A DNA stretch of 64,000 nt from Saccostrea cucullata (Eukaryota). Position 1 is the first letter of the stretch, and every line of letters starts with the position of its first letter. The notes under the pieces are model-generated. The model made no database searches and had not been told where the DNA came from. It worked only from the letters and a program-made list of their open reading frames with translations. The stretch is taken from assembly GCF_032062105.1 (NCBI RefSeq), contig NW_026936725.1, positions 310,001 to 374,000 of the forward strand, in the 5' to 3' direction. The position numbers and the translations under genes are program-made. Shown here piece by piece: positions 9,700 to 23,100 of the stretch.

Positions 9700-12600
9700 T
9701 TAGGTTTTCAATTTATTTCCAACGAATGGATAAGGATAGAAGGGATTCACTCTGTTGATGTTACTACGATATAACATCTCGTATGGGTACGGAGTTTCTG
9801 GCTTAGATAGCGCGTCGAGCTTCTCCATCTATAAATAAAAGATTATGGAAATGTTGAGATGACACTTTGTACATTTGGAGAGGAAACAGAATAAAAGATG
9901 GAACTGTGCTTATTTTTTGGTCGTAGCAGAGTTCAAATGATGGATCCAGTAACTATGGTAATAAAAAAGTTACCTCTTCTTTTGAGAGTTTCCAGTTGAT
10001 AGCTGCGACATTGTCTTCTAGTTGCTCAATAGAGTTGGCCCCAATAATGACAGAGGGTACCACATCCTTCTGAAGTAACCACCGGATAGCCACCTGTGGA
10101 ATGGTCTTACCTAAGAAAGACAATTACAGAAAGTATTTTCTGTTTTATTAATCTCTTTTCCTTCTGTCGGATCCTACAGATAAGACCTTAAAATACTGTC
10201 GTCTTATCCGAGTTTGGCAAAATGCGGCATTATGAAAACATGCAATTGACATTTTACAGGATTATAAATCGAACGTCTAGGAATTACGTTCCCATTGGCA
10301 TATCTTACACATGGCAAGCTATGCTGGAAAGTTGAAAGGGACAAATTGTAATAAACCAATAACAAACAATGAATTATGATTTACCATCTACATGTAAATT
10401 GTAAGTGTAGAAAAGAATTGTAGAGTTGGAATTTTGAAATCATTGGCTTTTCATATTTATTCAGGGACTCTTTCTTCAATGTGCATTTATTTTTACAAGA
10501 ATTTTTATGATCAATATTCAGTAATTATACAATGACTATCCCATTAAAGGAGGATCGTCTTTTTAAATCGTGTAGCAAAAGTTTAAAAATCATAAGATAA
10601 AACATTAAAGTGATAGGAAATTGATAGAAAATACCATGTTCTTTGGCAATTTTCTCCATGGCTTCCATTAGTTTCCAGAAGGCCTCGTTATTGTCAAACT
10701 GACTCCAAGCGGGAGCAATTTGCATTGCCTTAAACTTGTCTTGAGCGACAAGCCCGATTCGCCCGTCTGCTACTTGGGGTTGCATTCCACGTTTGTATTT
10801 TCCTGTCAGCATTCCGCTAAGAAAGGAATTTTTTTACTTTTATCGCAAATACGGATCAAGATATAAGTATAACATGCAATAATCAGTTATTGACTCTTTA
10901 CTTGAAAATTCATTGATGCCAATTGAAGACTCTCCCCATGATTTATGTAGCAATTTACTATATATCACTTCGATATGGCGTCTAAAAGTTGTTGATGAAA
11001 GGATATCAACTTTCAACGTTTGAAAATCATATGGTCAATACATGACGTTGGGAAGTAAAAGCTGTCTTCAAGTCAAATGTTAATTGACATCTTTTTATGC
11101 AAATTTTTAGGCCATTATTTTTATACGGCATTATTTACGGATTTTGTTCGTGATACAATCATGATAAGAGGCACACGGCGGGTGTGACCGTTCGACAGGG
11201 GATGCTTACTCCTTCACGACACCTAATACCAACTCTTTTCCAGAGAGCCCTGTTGGTTCTGCTCATAATTGTCAAAAATTCTTTGTTTCTAACTGAATTT
11301 TTATTTTTTGCAAATATAAACAAAGAATTAATAATTGTACATATATATCAAAAAAATATACAGTCATGTAATAATGCTTATTTTGTCACACTAAAAACGT
11401 GCTTGCTTAAAATGACGATGACTTGCAGATACAGCTTTGGTTTTATGTCAATTTACATATTCTTTAGGAGTTTTAAAGAAAACCTCCTAAATTGATTTTA
11501 CAGGATTTAAGAATGCATAATTTTCGTATAAGAACTTAGACTCAAAATCAACAATATTTTCTTTTTTAATGTTTGTCATACAACCGTCAATTATTTTTAA
11601 AGAATGGTTTTACAGCGATGAAAGGAGCACCGATGAATTAAAATGAAATTCATGTCCAATTATATGTTTTTTAAAATTATTTGTAGCATTACATGCATGT
11701 TTTCTTTTATTTTTAAAAAAATGATATGCACTGAGTTATCTTCTACATCTCATATTTGATAAGATTTAACATAGGAAGAAAAAAAGAAACATTCAAACAA
11801 GTGTCAAAAAGGGTGTTAATATAGAATAGTTTACCCTTTTAATGGACTCCACGGTAAGACACCAATACCCTCATTCTTACAGACTTGAAATTCCTCAAAC
11901 TCCGGATGTCGACAAAGTAAACTATACTGTTGCTTTAAAGAAGATAGACATACAACAACAGTTACCTTTCTTAAGCTAGTATTTGGGAAAACATTATGTT
12001 ATCTTTAATAGCTTTTTGTTTCAAATTCTCTCTAAAGTTAACTTTTAATATATAGACACATTAAATCAACTTTACTTGACTGAAGAATCGATTATCGCAA
12101 AACTTATATGTCGAGTCGAATGACTTATTAAACCTGTATGCTCTTACACAATTCTTTACTGTGAATGTATAGTTTGTTTTATACATTTCTACCTGGAGAC
12201 TAATGATTGGCGGATAATTCTCAAACTTGCAGAGATCCATGACCTTCTGAAGCTGCCAGCCACAAAGATTAGACACACCAATATATCGAACCTTACCAGA
12301 AGTGACCAAATCGTTGAGTGCCTTTAACCACTCCTCAGGTGGAGTAGCATTGTCCCAAATATGTACCTGTTAGAAAATTATTTCAAAAAATATTTATGAT
12401 AAGACAACAATGACAGAAAGTCTTTCATCTTTTTGGCTTGACATATGTAATTTCATGCTTACAACAAGAAGTCATCATGAAATAGGTTAATTTCCTATAA
12501 AAAGTTTTAAAGACTAAAATGTTGAGGATTTATTGTATAATAAATAAAAAAAACATGAATTAAAAAAAAGCCAATCTTTGCTTTTATTTCTTAAACTATG

Positions 12601-15538
12601 GTTAGAAAAGTAGTAACCACTGTGAAGAAATCAAATACAGGGGCCAGTAAAAGTATTTCATTCTAGAAAAAGTTATAATGAACAGATCAATTTAAAAAAT
12701 TCAATATAATAAATTGTTCTTATACTTAGAACAAACATATTTTTTTAAAATAGAAAAAAAATATTAATATTGAAATCTATCTAACTGTGTCACCCTGGTT
12801 CCTGTAAAATTATTCAACTTGAAGGATTTTTTTCTCATTTATTTGCCACGGACAAGGCTGTTTTAAGAAAGAAACGTAAACATCATCTCAGCAAAGTTTG
12901 GGTACAGACTAACCTTCATCTGGAAAATGAAGCACTTTCTTTAACAAGTATTTGTAGATATCATGAAATGTATGGTGATAACGAAAAGTATTCAAGCACA
13001 ACGGTAAAAAAAACTATACAAAATATGAGCGAAGCAAACACGGACCTCCAAATCATCAGAGGAGTGCAATGGAGGAGTGAGCATCCCCTGCCGACGTCAC
13101 ACCAGCCGTGTGCTCCTTGTCATGATCGGGAAATAAAGGAAATACCGCTATCCGTCGTCAATTCAGTGTAACTGCAAGACCATTGTTTTGACAATAAATT
13201 GAGAACACGGGTTTGACAGGTCGATAAGGGATGCTCACTCCTCAATGGCACCTGATCATAACTCTCTCATGTTTTAGAAGTCCGTGTTTGCTTTGCTCTT
13301 GATTCAGATTGTTTAAATGGATTTTGAGTATGCTTACTGTATGTTCCCTATTTTCTTTGTATATTTGTTTTTCATTTATAAACAAAAGACAGATTATAAT
13401 ATCTAAATTTACTTGCAGCCATACCAACTGAATAACTACACTTAACTTTATATCTTAATATCTCAAAAATTGTTTTTGTTTTAAAAATACTAACATTTAA
13501 TATCCTTATTGAAGCTAATATGGTTATGAATTTCTGATACTAATTTTGAAGACTTTACGTTTAATTCGAATTTGCTAATATGGTTATGAATTTCTGATAC
13601 TAATTTTGAGATTGCGTTATTGGAGGAAGTTTCCAGTAACCTGATAGAGATCTATGTAGTCCGTCTGTAGACGTTTAAGGCTGGCGTCACAGCTCGCCAT
13701 GATGTGTTTCCTTCCTAACCCGACGTTATTTACATCATCTCCCATGTCAAATCCAACCTTTGTGGCTATCACAAATTTCTCTCTTTTCTGTCTGTAAAAA
13801 GAAGAATTAACATTTATATTATCTTTCAAACTACTAGTATATAAGATTTACATGACTTATTCATTGCTGACAACTGTGGAATCAGTAGATTTCGGGGTGA
13901 CTCATTTTCGGGGAATTATTGGGCACCCTCATACACGAATTAACATTTTCCACGAATTTTTGCTATAAAATCATATTTTCTTTTGTAGGTATAAGAGAAT
14001 ACACCAAATTACGTCCCCACAAAACTCTAAAATTTCAGTAAAATAAAAATTGGCCCCTAGAAATTTAATAATTCTTTAGACAGGATATTTAAGAATACAT
14101 GACATTGTTCTGCATTCATATAGATTGATCATGTAAATTTTGAATTGAGGTAAATGCAAAAACTTATAACATAAATGTGTGACTATGAAGCTGTAAACTG
14201 CATTGTAATATGTTAATTTGTTATTCTTTCAGAGGATCTGAATCTTTTAATGTTAAATAATTTTGGAATCTCAATGACTTAGAACGAAAGATTTTGTGTC
14301 ATATTTATTCTAAATGTAAACTTGTGAAATAGTATGGTATGCATTGTAAACTTTATAGAAATGTAAAAAAAAAAAAAAAAAGATTGCTTTTCCGACCCAC
14401 ATTTTAATTTTTTGTGGTGGGAAATCAACTTTAGACATTTAGAAATTCATTCGCATTTTAATTTTGTTTTAGTTCTATCAACACAATGAAATCGTAAGTC
14501 AACTGCTATTTACCTTGAACAAACTTCAATCTACTCTACTTAGCATGCCAAGTCGTTTCCATGCATTTATTAATGTACGTAACATGGTTTGGATTAAAGA
14601 GACTCGAATATAAGTATTGTGTTTATATAATGTTAGCTAAATTACTCACCGTACCAACCACTCGCCAATTATACTCTCAGAAACGCCTTTAGAGTAGAGG
14701 TTTGCGGTATCTATAAAATTTCCACCGAGAGCAGCAAACCGGTCTAGGACTTTATGTGATGCATCTTTGTCCAACTTCCCTATCTGTAAATGATAATTCA
14801 TTCAGATGAACGTTATTTTTGTTTAAGAAAAATTAATATTTTAAGAAAGTTATAAATTTAAATCATACTAACTAATTTTTAAAACAACGACTACTTATCA
14901 GCTGCAATTTCAAAAAAAAAATATTTCTTTTCGGAAGTGGAATCTTTATTATATGGTTCATATCAAAACAATTGTAACTCTGCTGTGTTTTCATATGGAA
15001 AAACAGAATAAAAATTTATCAAAAAAGAAAATATTAAATTATGAACTGGTTTTATAAAAAAAAAAAAAAAAATAGAAATCGGGCTATAAATATGAAACTT
15101 TTTGCTGCATTATGTATTCAAGCAAGTTGCATATCTCAACTGTGAGCGGTTGAAATCATTTTATTTATCAAGTATATCATAGTCTGTATAATTTTTCTGA
15201 ATATTTCAACGGAATGCATAAAATGTATAAATGAGCATCTGCAAACAGCTTATAGATTGAAGGCCGAGAGAAGCCTCCATAATTTTTGATGTTATCAACA
15301 TTTCGGACAATTTCACGAAAAATCATCTTTCAGGGAAAGATCGATGTATTTTGAGAAAATTATTATGATAACCTTTTATACTTACAGACCATGGTATTTG
15401 TTCGTGATAACTGGAGAAGGGTTTCATGAAGATGGAAAAACAATGTTAAATACCGACCTGTTGATGACCAAAGGTCATAGTCCCCAAACAAATATTGGAC
15501 ACACGTAGTCCCGAGCGGCCGAGGTAATTGTACTCCAT
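9700..15538 (-). CDS. aldo-keto reductase, YajO/aryl-alcohol dehydrogenase-like, tandem copy 1 (361 aa)
   Basis: Exons 15538-15458, 14783-14650, 13791-13641, 12366-12193, 11932-11835, 10816-10635, 10110-9974, 9828-9700; GT-AG, open frame of 1086 nt. Motifs [31 protein letters not shown] (catalytic D,Y), IATKV (K), [12 protein letters not shown] (H), [23 protein letters not shown]. Confidence 0.95.
11172..11245 (+). mobile_element. short dispersed repeat, probable 3' end of a Penelope-like family
   Basis: CACGGCGGGTGTGACCG..CGACAGGGGATGCTTACTCCT...CACCT.AT; related pieces near 13205, 13070 (reverse), 25640, 44883 and 55145 (reverse). Confidence 0.55.
13027..13298. mobile_element. inverted pair of the same dispersed repeat in AKR copy 1 intron 3
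   Basis: GAGCGAAGCAAACACGGAC...GAGGAGTGAGCATCCC (13027-13088) is the reverse complement of GGGATGCTCACTCCTC...GTCCGTGTTTGCTTTGCTC (13228-13298). Confidence 0.65.
13514..13609. repeat. 36-bp direct repeat x2, period 60
   Basis: GCTAATATGGTTATGAATTTCTGATACTAATTTTGA at 13514 and 13574. Confidence 0.9.
13873..14084. mobile_element. degenerate short MITE (CTGTGGAATCA...ACAG class)
   Basis: Begins CTGTGGAATCAGTAGATTTCGGGG, contains CACGAATT sub-repeats, ends CCCCTAGAAATTTAATAATTCT..ACAG; same class as 40924-41132. Confidence 0.45.
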
Positions 15539-16320
15539 GTCTGATGCTTCTTAAGACCAGGACTACGAACTTATTTTCTTTTTTTCAGGATTAATGACGA
15601 GTTGCAATGTGGTAGGTCCTTAATACATATATGCTTATCATATGTAAGGCACCCCATATTTAATCTTATCGTCCTATGGTGATCCATTTGCTTACTGATA
15701 TATCTCAGGTAGAAAGTTTTACATCGTTTTCACAGTGTCGAGTAGGATTTTGTTTTAACTCCGTAAATCCAAAAGGTGAAGTGTGCAACGAAATAGTATG
15801 ACCCTGCAAATCTACTGTAAAGAACACACTACAAAAGCGAGGAGGAATCATGTCCTGTTCCCTAATACATCCGTCAAGACCCCCACCCCCAGTGATACGG
15901 TAAATTCGGATACTCGATGTCAAAATAAGTTGTTAAAAAAGCAATGTTCTTACCATTGCCCTCGCAATAACCATGTTACTTCTAAATGCTGTGATGATTC
16001 TAGAGTTTTACTCTTGCAATGTCTATGTGATCTTAATAATACTAAATGTTTTCCTTAAATACTGCACCAATGGAACAGAATTTATTCTAAACTTTTGTAT
16101 GGGAAGAAAACTATTAAACTCCACATAAAAGACTCAACAAATCAAACTTCTTGTCTCACTTTAATATAGCTCCCTACATGTATTTTCTTTCTTTCTTAAA
16201 ATGTTTTTTGTATTCGCAGAAAATATGAAGAACTCCAGCTTTCAACTCAAGCTATATCGTATTTATTTGTTCACATCTCTTCATATGCATGTACAGGTAA
16301 TAATGCATTTCTATACATAT

Positions 16321-17068
16321 TTATAATTTGTTCTCAACATATGGGCGAGGATAGAAGGAATTCACTCTGTTGATGTTCAAGCGATATAACATCTCGTATG
16401 GGTACGGAGTTTCTGGTTTGGATAACGTGTCGAGCTCCTCCATCTACGAATAAAAAGATACAGGAAACGTTGAGATGACAATTACAAAAAAAAAAAGAAA
16501 AAGAAAAAAAAGAAAACGAAAAAAGGTAATGTTACTTTTATGGGGAAACGCATCGAAATAAATTAGTTAGTACCATATGAAACAAATATTAATTTTGCAA
16601 ATACTTTTTCTTTTATTTTTTGTCAGTAAGGAACATATATATAATTCGATATCAAAGGTTAAGTATCTCACCAGCATGTGCGGGAGAATAACAATGAAAA
16701 AAGTGGGCAAGGAAATAAAAAAAAAATACAGAAGAGCTTTTGATGAAGATTGTATAAAAAAAAACCTTTTCCCCATTTTTCTTAGATCACAGTGATAACA
16801 GACGTCAGGCAAAAATACTGGGTATACGAAGACAAATGATGAATTGAATGTGCAACAATAAAATACACCTGCTGACATTATAGAATAATTGGAATTCAGT
16901 ATATTCTCCTCCCCCTATTTTTCGTATACAATTCCTAAAATTAAATTATCCAAACAAGTTAAAAGAAATATATAGTTATGATATCTTTTGGTTTAAAACT
17001 GTTTTAGCTATACCTATGTTAGTTCAGATTCCATTTCTTTATAAAGAAAGCAAAATATTTTATTGCGT

Positions 17069-17146
<78 letters not shown>

Positions 17147-20100
17147 AATGTGTAAGAGTTTGAGAATTAATCTGTATGAGTGAGAGTGAGGATGTGTTTG
17201 AATTTTAGAGCTTCTGTAAAGAATGGTTTGTTATAACTACAGGATATCCACTTACGAGATGAATAAAAAAGTTGTATTTACTCATTTTGCTTGACTTTTT
17301 TGAGAACTAACTTTACCTCTTCTTTTGAAAGTTTCCAGTTAATAGCCGCGACATTGTCTTCTAGGTGCTCAATAGAGTTGGCTCCGATGATGACAGAGGG
17401 AACCACATCCTTCTGAAGTAACCACCGGATAGCCACCTGAGGTATGGACTTGCCTGAGAAAAATTACAGTGTGTTCTATTTTTATCATTTTCTTCATTAG
17501 CAAGTAAATGTTTGTTTGAAAACTTGACTTCTAAATGTCATTTTCAATCATTGGCTCAAACATTCATCTTTCTTGTTGCGTTGCGTATATGGATCACGAT
17601 AAAGCACGAGAAATTGTGCGCTTGTTTTAATAATTTATGATTTAAATTCTGCACTGACGTTTGTCTCTTGAGGAACACGAATATACTTACTTTGATCTAT
17701 AATTTTAAGATTATCTTGAATTGCCATGTGATTGTCAGGTTATTTATCCTAGACCAAGCTTATTTCGGTGTTTGAGAGAGGAATGAATGACAACTCTGCA
17801 TGTGATATCGCCTGAATGTGTATACTTTCCATTGAATAACTTAGTGCTCACAAGCTAACTATAGAGGATTTTACTATGGAACTTTATTCTAGATTCTTGT
17901 TGAAGATTTTGATTTTACATTTTTCTTAAAATGCATACAAATGAGATACAAAAAAAAAAACGATTTCATTATCAAATAGTGCAGAAAATTGCTTAGTGTA
18001 CGCTTAATTAAGCTATGTTGTTTACACTAATTGAGTACCATGTTCTTTGGCAATCTTCTCCATTCCTTCCAGTAGTTTCCAGAAGGCCTCATTATTGTCA
18101 TATCTACTCCAAGCTGGAGCAATCTCTATTGCTCTGGATTCGTCTTGGGCAACGAGCCCGATTCGCCCAGCGCCCATGGGCGGCCGTACCCCACGCTTAT
18201 ATTTACCCGTCAGCATTCCACTATGAAAGGAAATTTATACAAATTAATCATTTGTGGTAAGAAAATTTTTATATGTTACAAAGAGAACTATCAATATTTT
18301 AATAATCATTTGTGAAAATCGACATACATGTAATTCAATTTAATAAATCTCTTCTTAAAATCACAATGATTTATGTTGATTAATATTTTAAGCGTTAAAT
18401 ATTCGGGTCATATTATACATAGGGCAAAACATATGCTTATACAGGTTTTCAATTGCTAATAAATTTATCTTATTGATCATCTGAAAATGTTTTATCCTTT
18501 GAATCAACTATTGATACTTGTTCTTATACCGGTACTACTTTTCTTCTGAAAATGTAAGGAAAAAATGCCTGATGATTAGATTTAATTTTAGACCTTGCAA
18601 GAGCTTTGAGCCACTGATATTTTGAATTAAAGATTTTTACTCAAAATCAGCAGTTTTAAAAGTCAGCCATCTTCAAATTGGTATGTCATGGTTATGGAAT
18701 AAGCAAAACAACGGTCCAATATTGAACTAAACCATTGCATTTAGTTGATGACGCATTTCGCTGCGCTTCATTGTTGTAATATGCACTTACATGTAACAGT
18801 TTGTTAATCACTAACATTTTAAAGTGGAAATATGGAGATAACAAACCAAGTTCAAAAGTCCACTGAATTAATACAGATCGGAAGCAGAGCAAACATTTGC
18901 CTCTAATTCATCAGAGATGAGATCAAGTGCTATGGAGTAGTAAGCATCCACTCGGAGTTCCTCGGATGACTAGTACCTCGCACATAACCTCGAACGTCAA
19001 CGGTGATATACCATGTAATCTTATTTGAATTTCTTTCAAATGTCATACACTTGAAATCGGAGTTATTTTGTGGCACACTCAACAGTTTTTTCTTGCTTTC
19101 AAAGCCTATTAACATGAGGATGTAATCAAAACCTGTTTATGATAAAGAATTGCACAAATTAAGAAACGTTTTCGAAGAACGTTATGCAGAGCGAAATATG
19201 AAATGAGTGATAAGGCAGTTTCCGGCGGAGAAATGTAAGGATATGTTGCGTATTCCTCCACTAATCACATCCGACTCGAACGTCAACGGTGATCTACCAT
19301 CTTGCTGATTCAGTCATGTGATCTTATTTGAATTTCTTTCAAATGTCATACACTTGAAATCGGAGTTATTTTGTGGCACACTCAACAGTTTTTTCTTGCT
19401 TTCAAAGCCTATTAACATGAGGATGTAATCAAAACCTGTTTACGATAAAGAATTGCACAAATTAAGAAACGTTTTCGAAGAACGTTATGCAGAGCGAAAT
19501 ATGAAATGAGTGATAAGGCAGTTTCCGGCGGAGAAATGTAAGGATCTGTTGCGTATTCCTCCACTAATCACATCCGAGGTTTGAATGGAGCGTAGCGGAG
19601 TCAGCCGAGGATTTCCGATTGGTAAGCATCAACTAGTGTGATTTTTCAATTGATTGAGATATTATTTTATGGGTAAATGAAATGGTAAGAAAAGAAAAGA
19701 AAACATCCAGTTAGTAAAAAAGGACTGCTATAAATATATTTACCCTTTTAATGGGCTCCATGGCAACACACCAAGACCCTCATTCTTACAGACTTGAAAT
19801 TCCTCAAACTCCGGATGACGACAAAGTAAACTATATTGTTGCTTAGAAGTGATGAAAAGACGATAGCTGTTTACATTCAAACAACAAAATACATGTACAG
19901 TTGGTTTTAAAAATTAAATTACGTGTACCTGTATATCAACCATATTTTTTTAAAATGTTTTTCTTCCTTAAATGTTTTAAATTGTTTAATTGTAAACTCT
20001 TTACAAAAAGGAGAATGTAAATAGATGTATTTCAGTCATTTGAATAACAAAATGTTTTTCTATGATTTCTTCAAAGAAAAATGGAACGCAGATACATTAT

Positions 20101-23100
20101 TCTCTATGATGGTCTTGTTTGTTTTCATCATACCTGGAGACTGATTATTGGCGGGTAATTTCTAGACTTGCAGATATCCACGACCTTCTGAAGCTGCCAG
20201 CCACAAAGATTAGACATACCAATATATCGCACCTTACCGGAAGTGACCAAATCGTTGAGCGCCTTCAACCACTCCTCAGGAGGAGTAGCATCGTCCCAGT
20301 GGTGCACCTATTGAACCAAAATAATTAAAATATTCATCCAAAACCATTAAAATAAATAAATTCAAAATTGAAAATAAAATAGCACCTTACTGAAATTTCA
20401 TAGTCGTTTCGAGAGTATGCTTTATATATGAAGAATTTCTAAAACGATGTAGGTTATTGACAAACAAGTTGATGAAACAAGGATTTCAACAGTCTCGTTG
20501 ATAGTCATCATTTTGGAAGTCTCTAGTTGCGTTAAAACTAAATTTTACATCTTTATTGTACAGACAGTATTCAAAGTGTAATGACTGTTACTTCATTAAG
20601 ATATATACAAAAAATAAGGAATGGTGTTCTTGTAAGATTCCAATTATTTATCTTTTTAATATAGTGTATTATTCTAATTCCGTAATTCTAGATGACGTGA
20701 ACATTTTAATATCATCTTAAAGATGATCCTTTTAACCTTTTATCAAATTTTATTATAATGGTCCTACGCCATCTCTTGAAATTTAATAATACAAAATATT
20801 TACTAGAAAGTTTTGCGAGGGGATAAAATTTCATTTCTTATACATGTACTTAAAATTAGAAAATGTGATTTTTTAATGCAATAGGAGCCCCACGCGAATT
20901 TTAGATTTGCTTGCTGAATGGTACAGCACATGTTAATTTATAAAATTTATGTCCTCCACTTAAGTAAAAGAGAGAGAAAAGAGTTGGAAAATAAAAAAAA
21001 AAGAAACAGATGACAAACCTTTATTTTTTTTATCTTCAAGCATTAAAAGTCAGCATGTTAAAAAAAACAGGAAATGGAGGAATTCATTACCTAAATTTCG
21101 TTTCAAAAGCTTAAAAACCCTTAACTTGTCTTATAAAACTTATTCAATGCTATAACCTCAAATTCAAAAAGGGTATTTTTTCTCCTAATTTGAATTTTCC
21201 ATAATATTTCACAATCGTTCATCAATATTTGATTGTATCAGGTTACTTTTGCAGGTTCATTTCATCAAATCAATCTTCATATTTAAACAAAGATATGTTA
21301 ACAGTAAACACAAATTATCATAAAGCCTAACACATTGAGGAGCTAAAAAGTTTCAGAAGTAACCTGGTAAAGATCTATGTAGTCTGTCTGTAGACGTTTA
21401 AGGCTGGCGTCACAGCTCGCCATGATGTGTTTCCGTCCTAACCCGACGTTATTTACATCCTCCCCCATGTCCGCTCTGACCTTAGTGGCTATCACGAACT
21501 TTTCTCTTTGTTGTCTAGTAAAAGAAAGAATAAAAACATTTAAAATTTACATAATAAATGCAGGAAAGATATAATAGTGCACTGTTTTGCATGCCGCTAT
21601 ATGTCTTTATATTGCTTTAAAATAGAAAGTAGAATAGAATGACATAAATTCTGTAAAACGATGGCTGATTGAATTTGTGTGAAACTCGGTGTTCAAAGGG
21701 TTAATTTAAAAAAAACATTAGTGGGGTCTATCGCTTAACTGTGCATTTTTAAATTTCTATAATTTTAATATTTAAACCCATTTTAAAACATGTTCTCTAA
21801 AATTTTCAAACCTGTTTTTATTTAAATCAAATGGTTCGAATTAATGCAGATATTTGACGGTACATTGTATAATACAAAAGTAAACATAATAGTTCTGGTT
21901 GTTAGTAATCTCTTCTACAGAGTATCATCACCAATTTTAACGCATTAATCAAAACATATGAATTGTATTTTTAATGTTGAGAAACAGAGATTTCAGGGAT
22001 ATTTAGTTATCAAAAGAAGAGGTAAAATTTTCCTGGACGATCTAATTTGTGTCTTACATAACATTACTATTATTTAAGTAGTGTTCTCATTTTCATAGAT
22101 TCTTCTGCGTTCAGTTTATATATTTGATTGTAAACTGGTTTCATTCAGTTTCTCTTCTTTCATAGGATTTGTAATTCTAATTTAATATTTGCAATTTTAA
22201 TTACTCATATGCACAAAAGGTGGAAAAAAGGTTGTCGCAAATATATTTTTTCCTGCACAAAATCAAAATTTTAGAACATAATGTACAAATAAAGACAAAG
22301 AAGAATTCAGAGATCTTTGTAAATTCGCGTCTGACAGATTTTTTTTTAACCTATAAATACATTTAATGAGACACGAAATTTTTGTTGCAATCTAGAAAGT
22401 ATAAAAAGTGAAAATATTTCATTGTTTTCCTCCTGGATTGTATGAACTTAAGTTAAAAAAAAAGAACATATTGACTCATTTTATGGTCCTACTATTTCTG
22501 TTCAATTGAATAAAAAATCCTAATTTCTAGAAAAATAATCTTAAAAATTATAAACTTAAGACCATCTTTGAAAATTAAATTTTTTTGCCATTTTCCCGAC
22601 CGGTAAACTAAAACTGTCCGACTTACGATTTTATTCTTGACTTTCAGGAAACAATTATTTTTGTTTATGCATCATATTCATCAATAACTATTTAAATTCC
22701 ACATTTATGTGTTTTTGTATTAAACAAAAAAAGAAAAATGTTGCCTGTACCTGCATACCCAATTGTTTTTATCCTTAGTCAAGAGAGAACAAGAAAACTG
22801 TTTTTAAAGATGGCCTTCTAATCTTTATTATTAGACTTAACAATTTTTTTTAAACTTTTGAATCAAATTACTTAAAGATTAATTAAAGACGCTGTGTAGG
22901 ATTTCTTATCAACATTCTGCTTTAATATTGTTTTTGGATATTAAGCTTTGCAACTTTAGCTGTTCTTTTACAAAGACAAACAAGTATATTCTTAACAAAC
23001 TCCCTTAACTCAAATCTCTCCTTTTAAGAATTTATATTAATTTAACTACCTACATTTTCTTGGCTTTTATACGCACCGCACCAACCACTCGCCAATAACA

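Noticed and set aside
15783-16058. Cys-rich 91-aa ORF between AKR copies 1 and 2
   Set aside because: Non-ATG start, no signal peptide, no recognisable motif or supporting splice sites.
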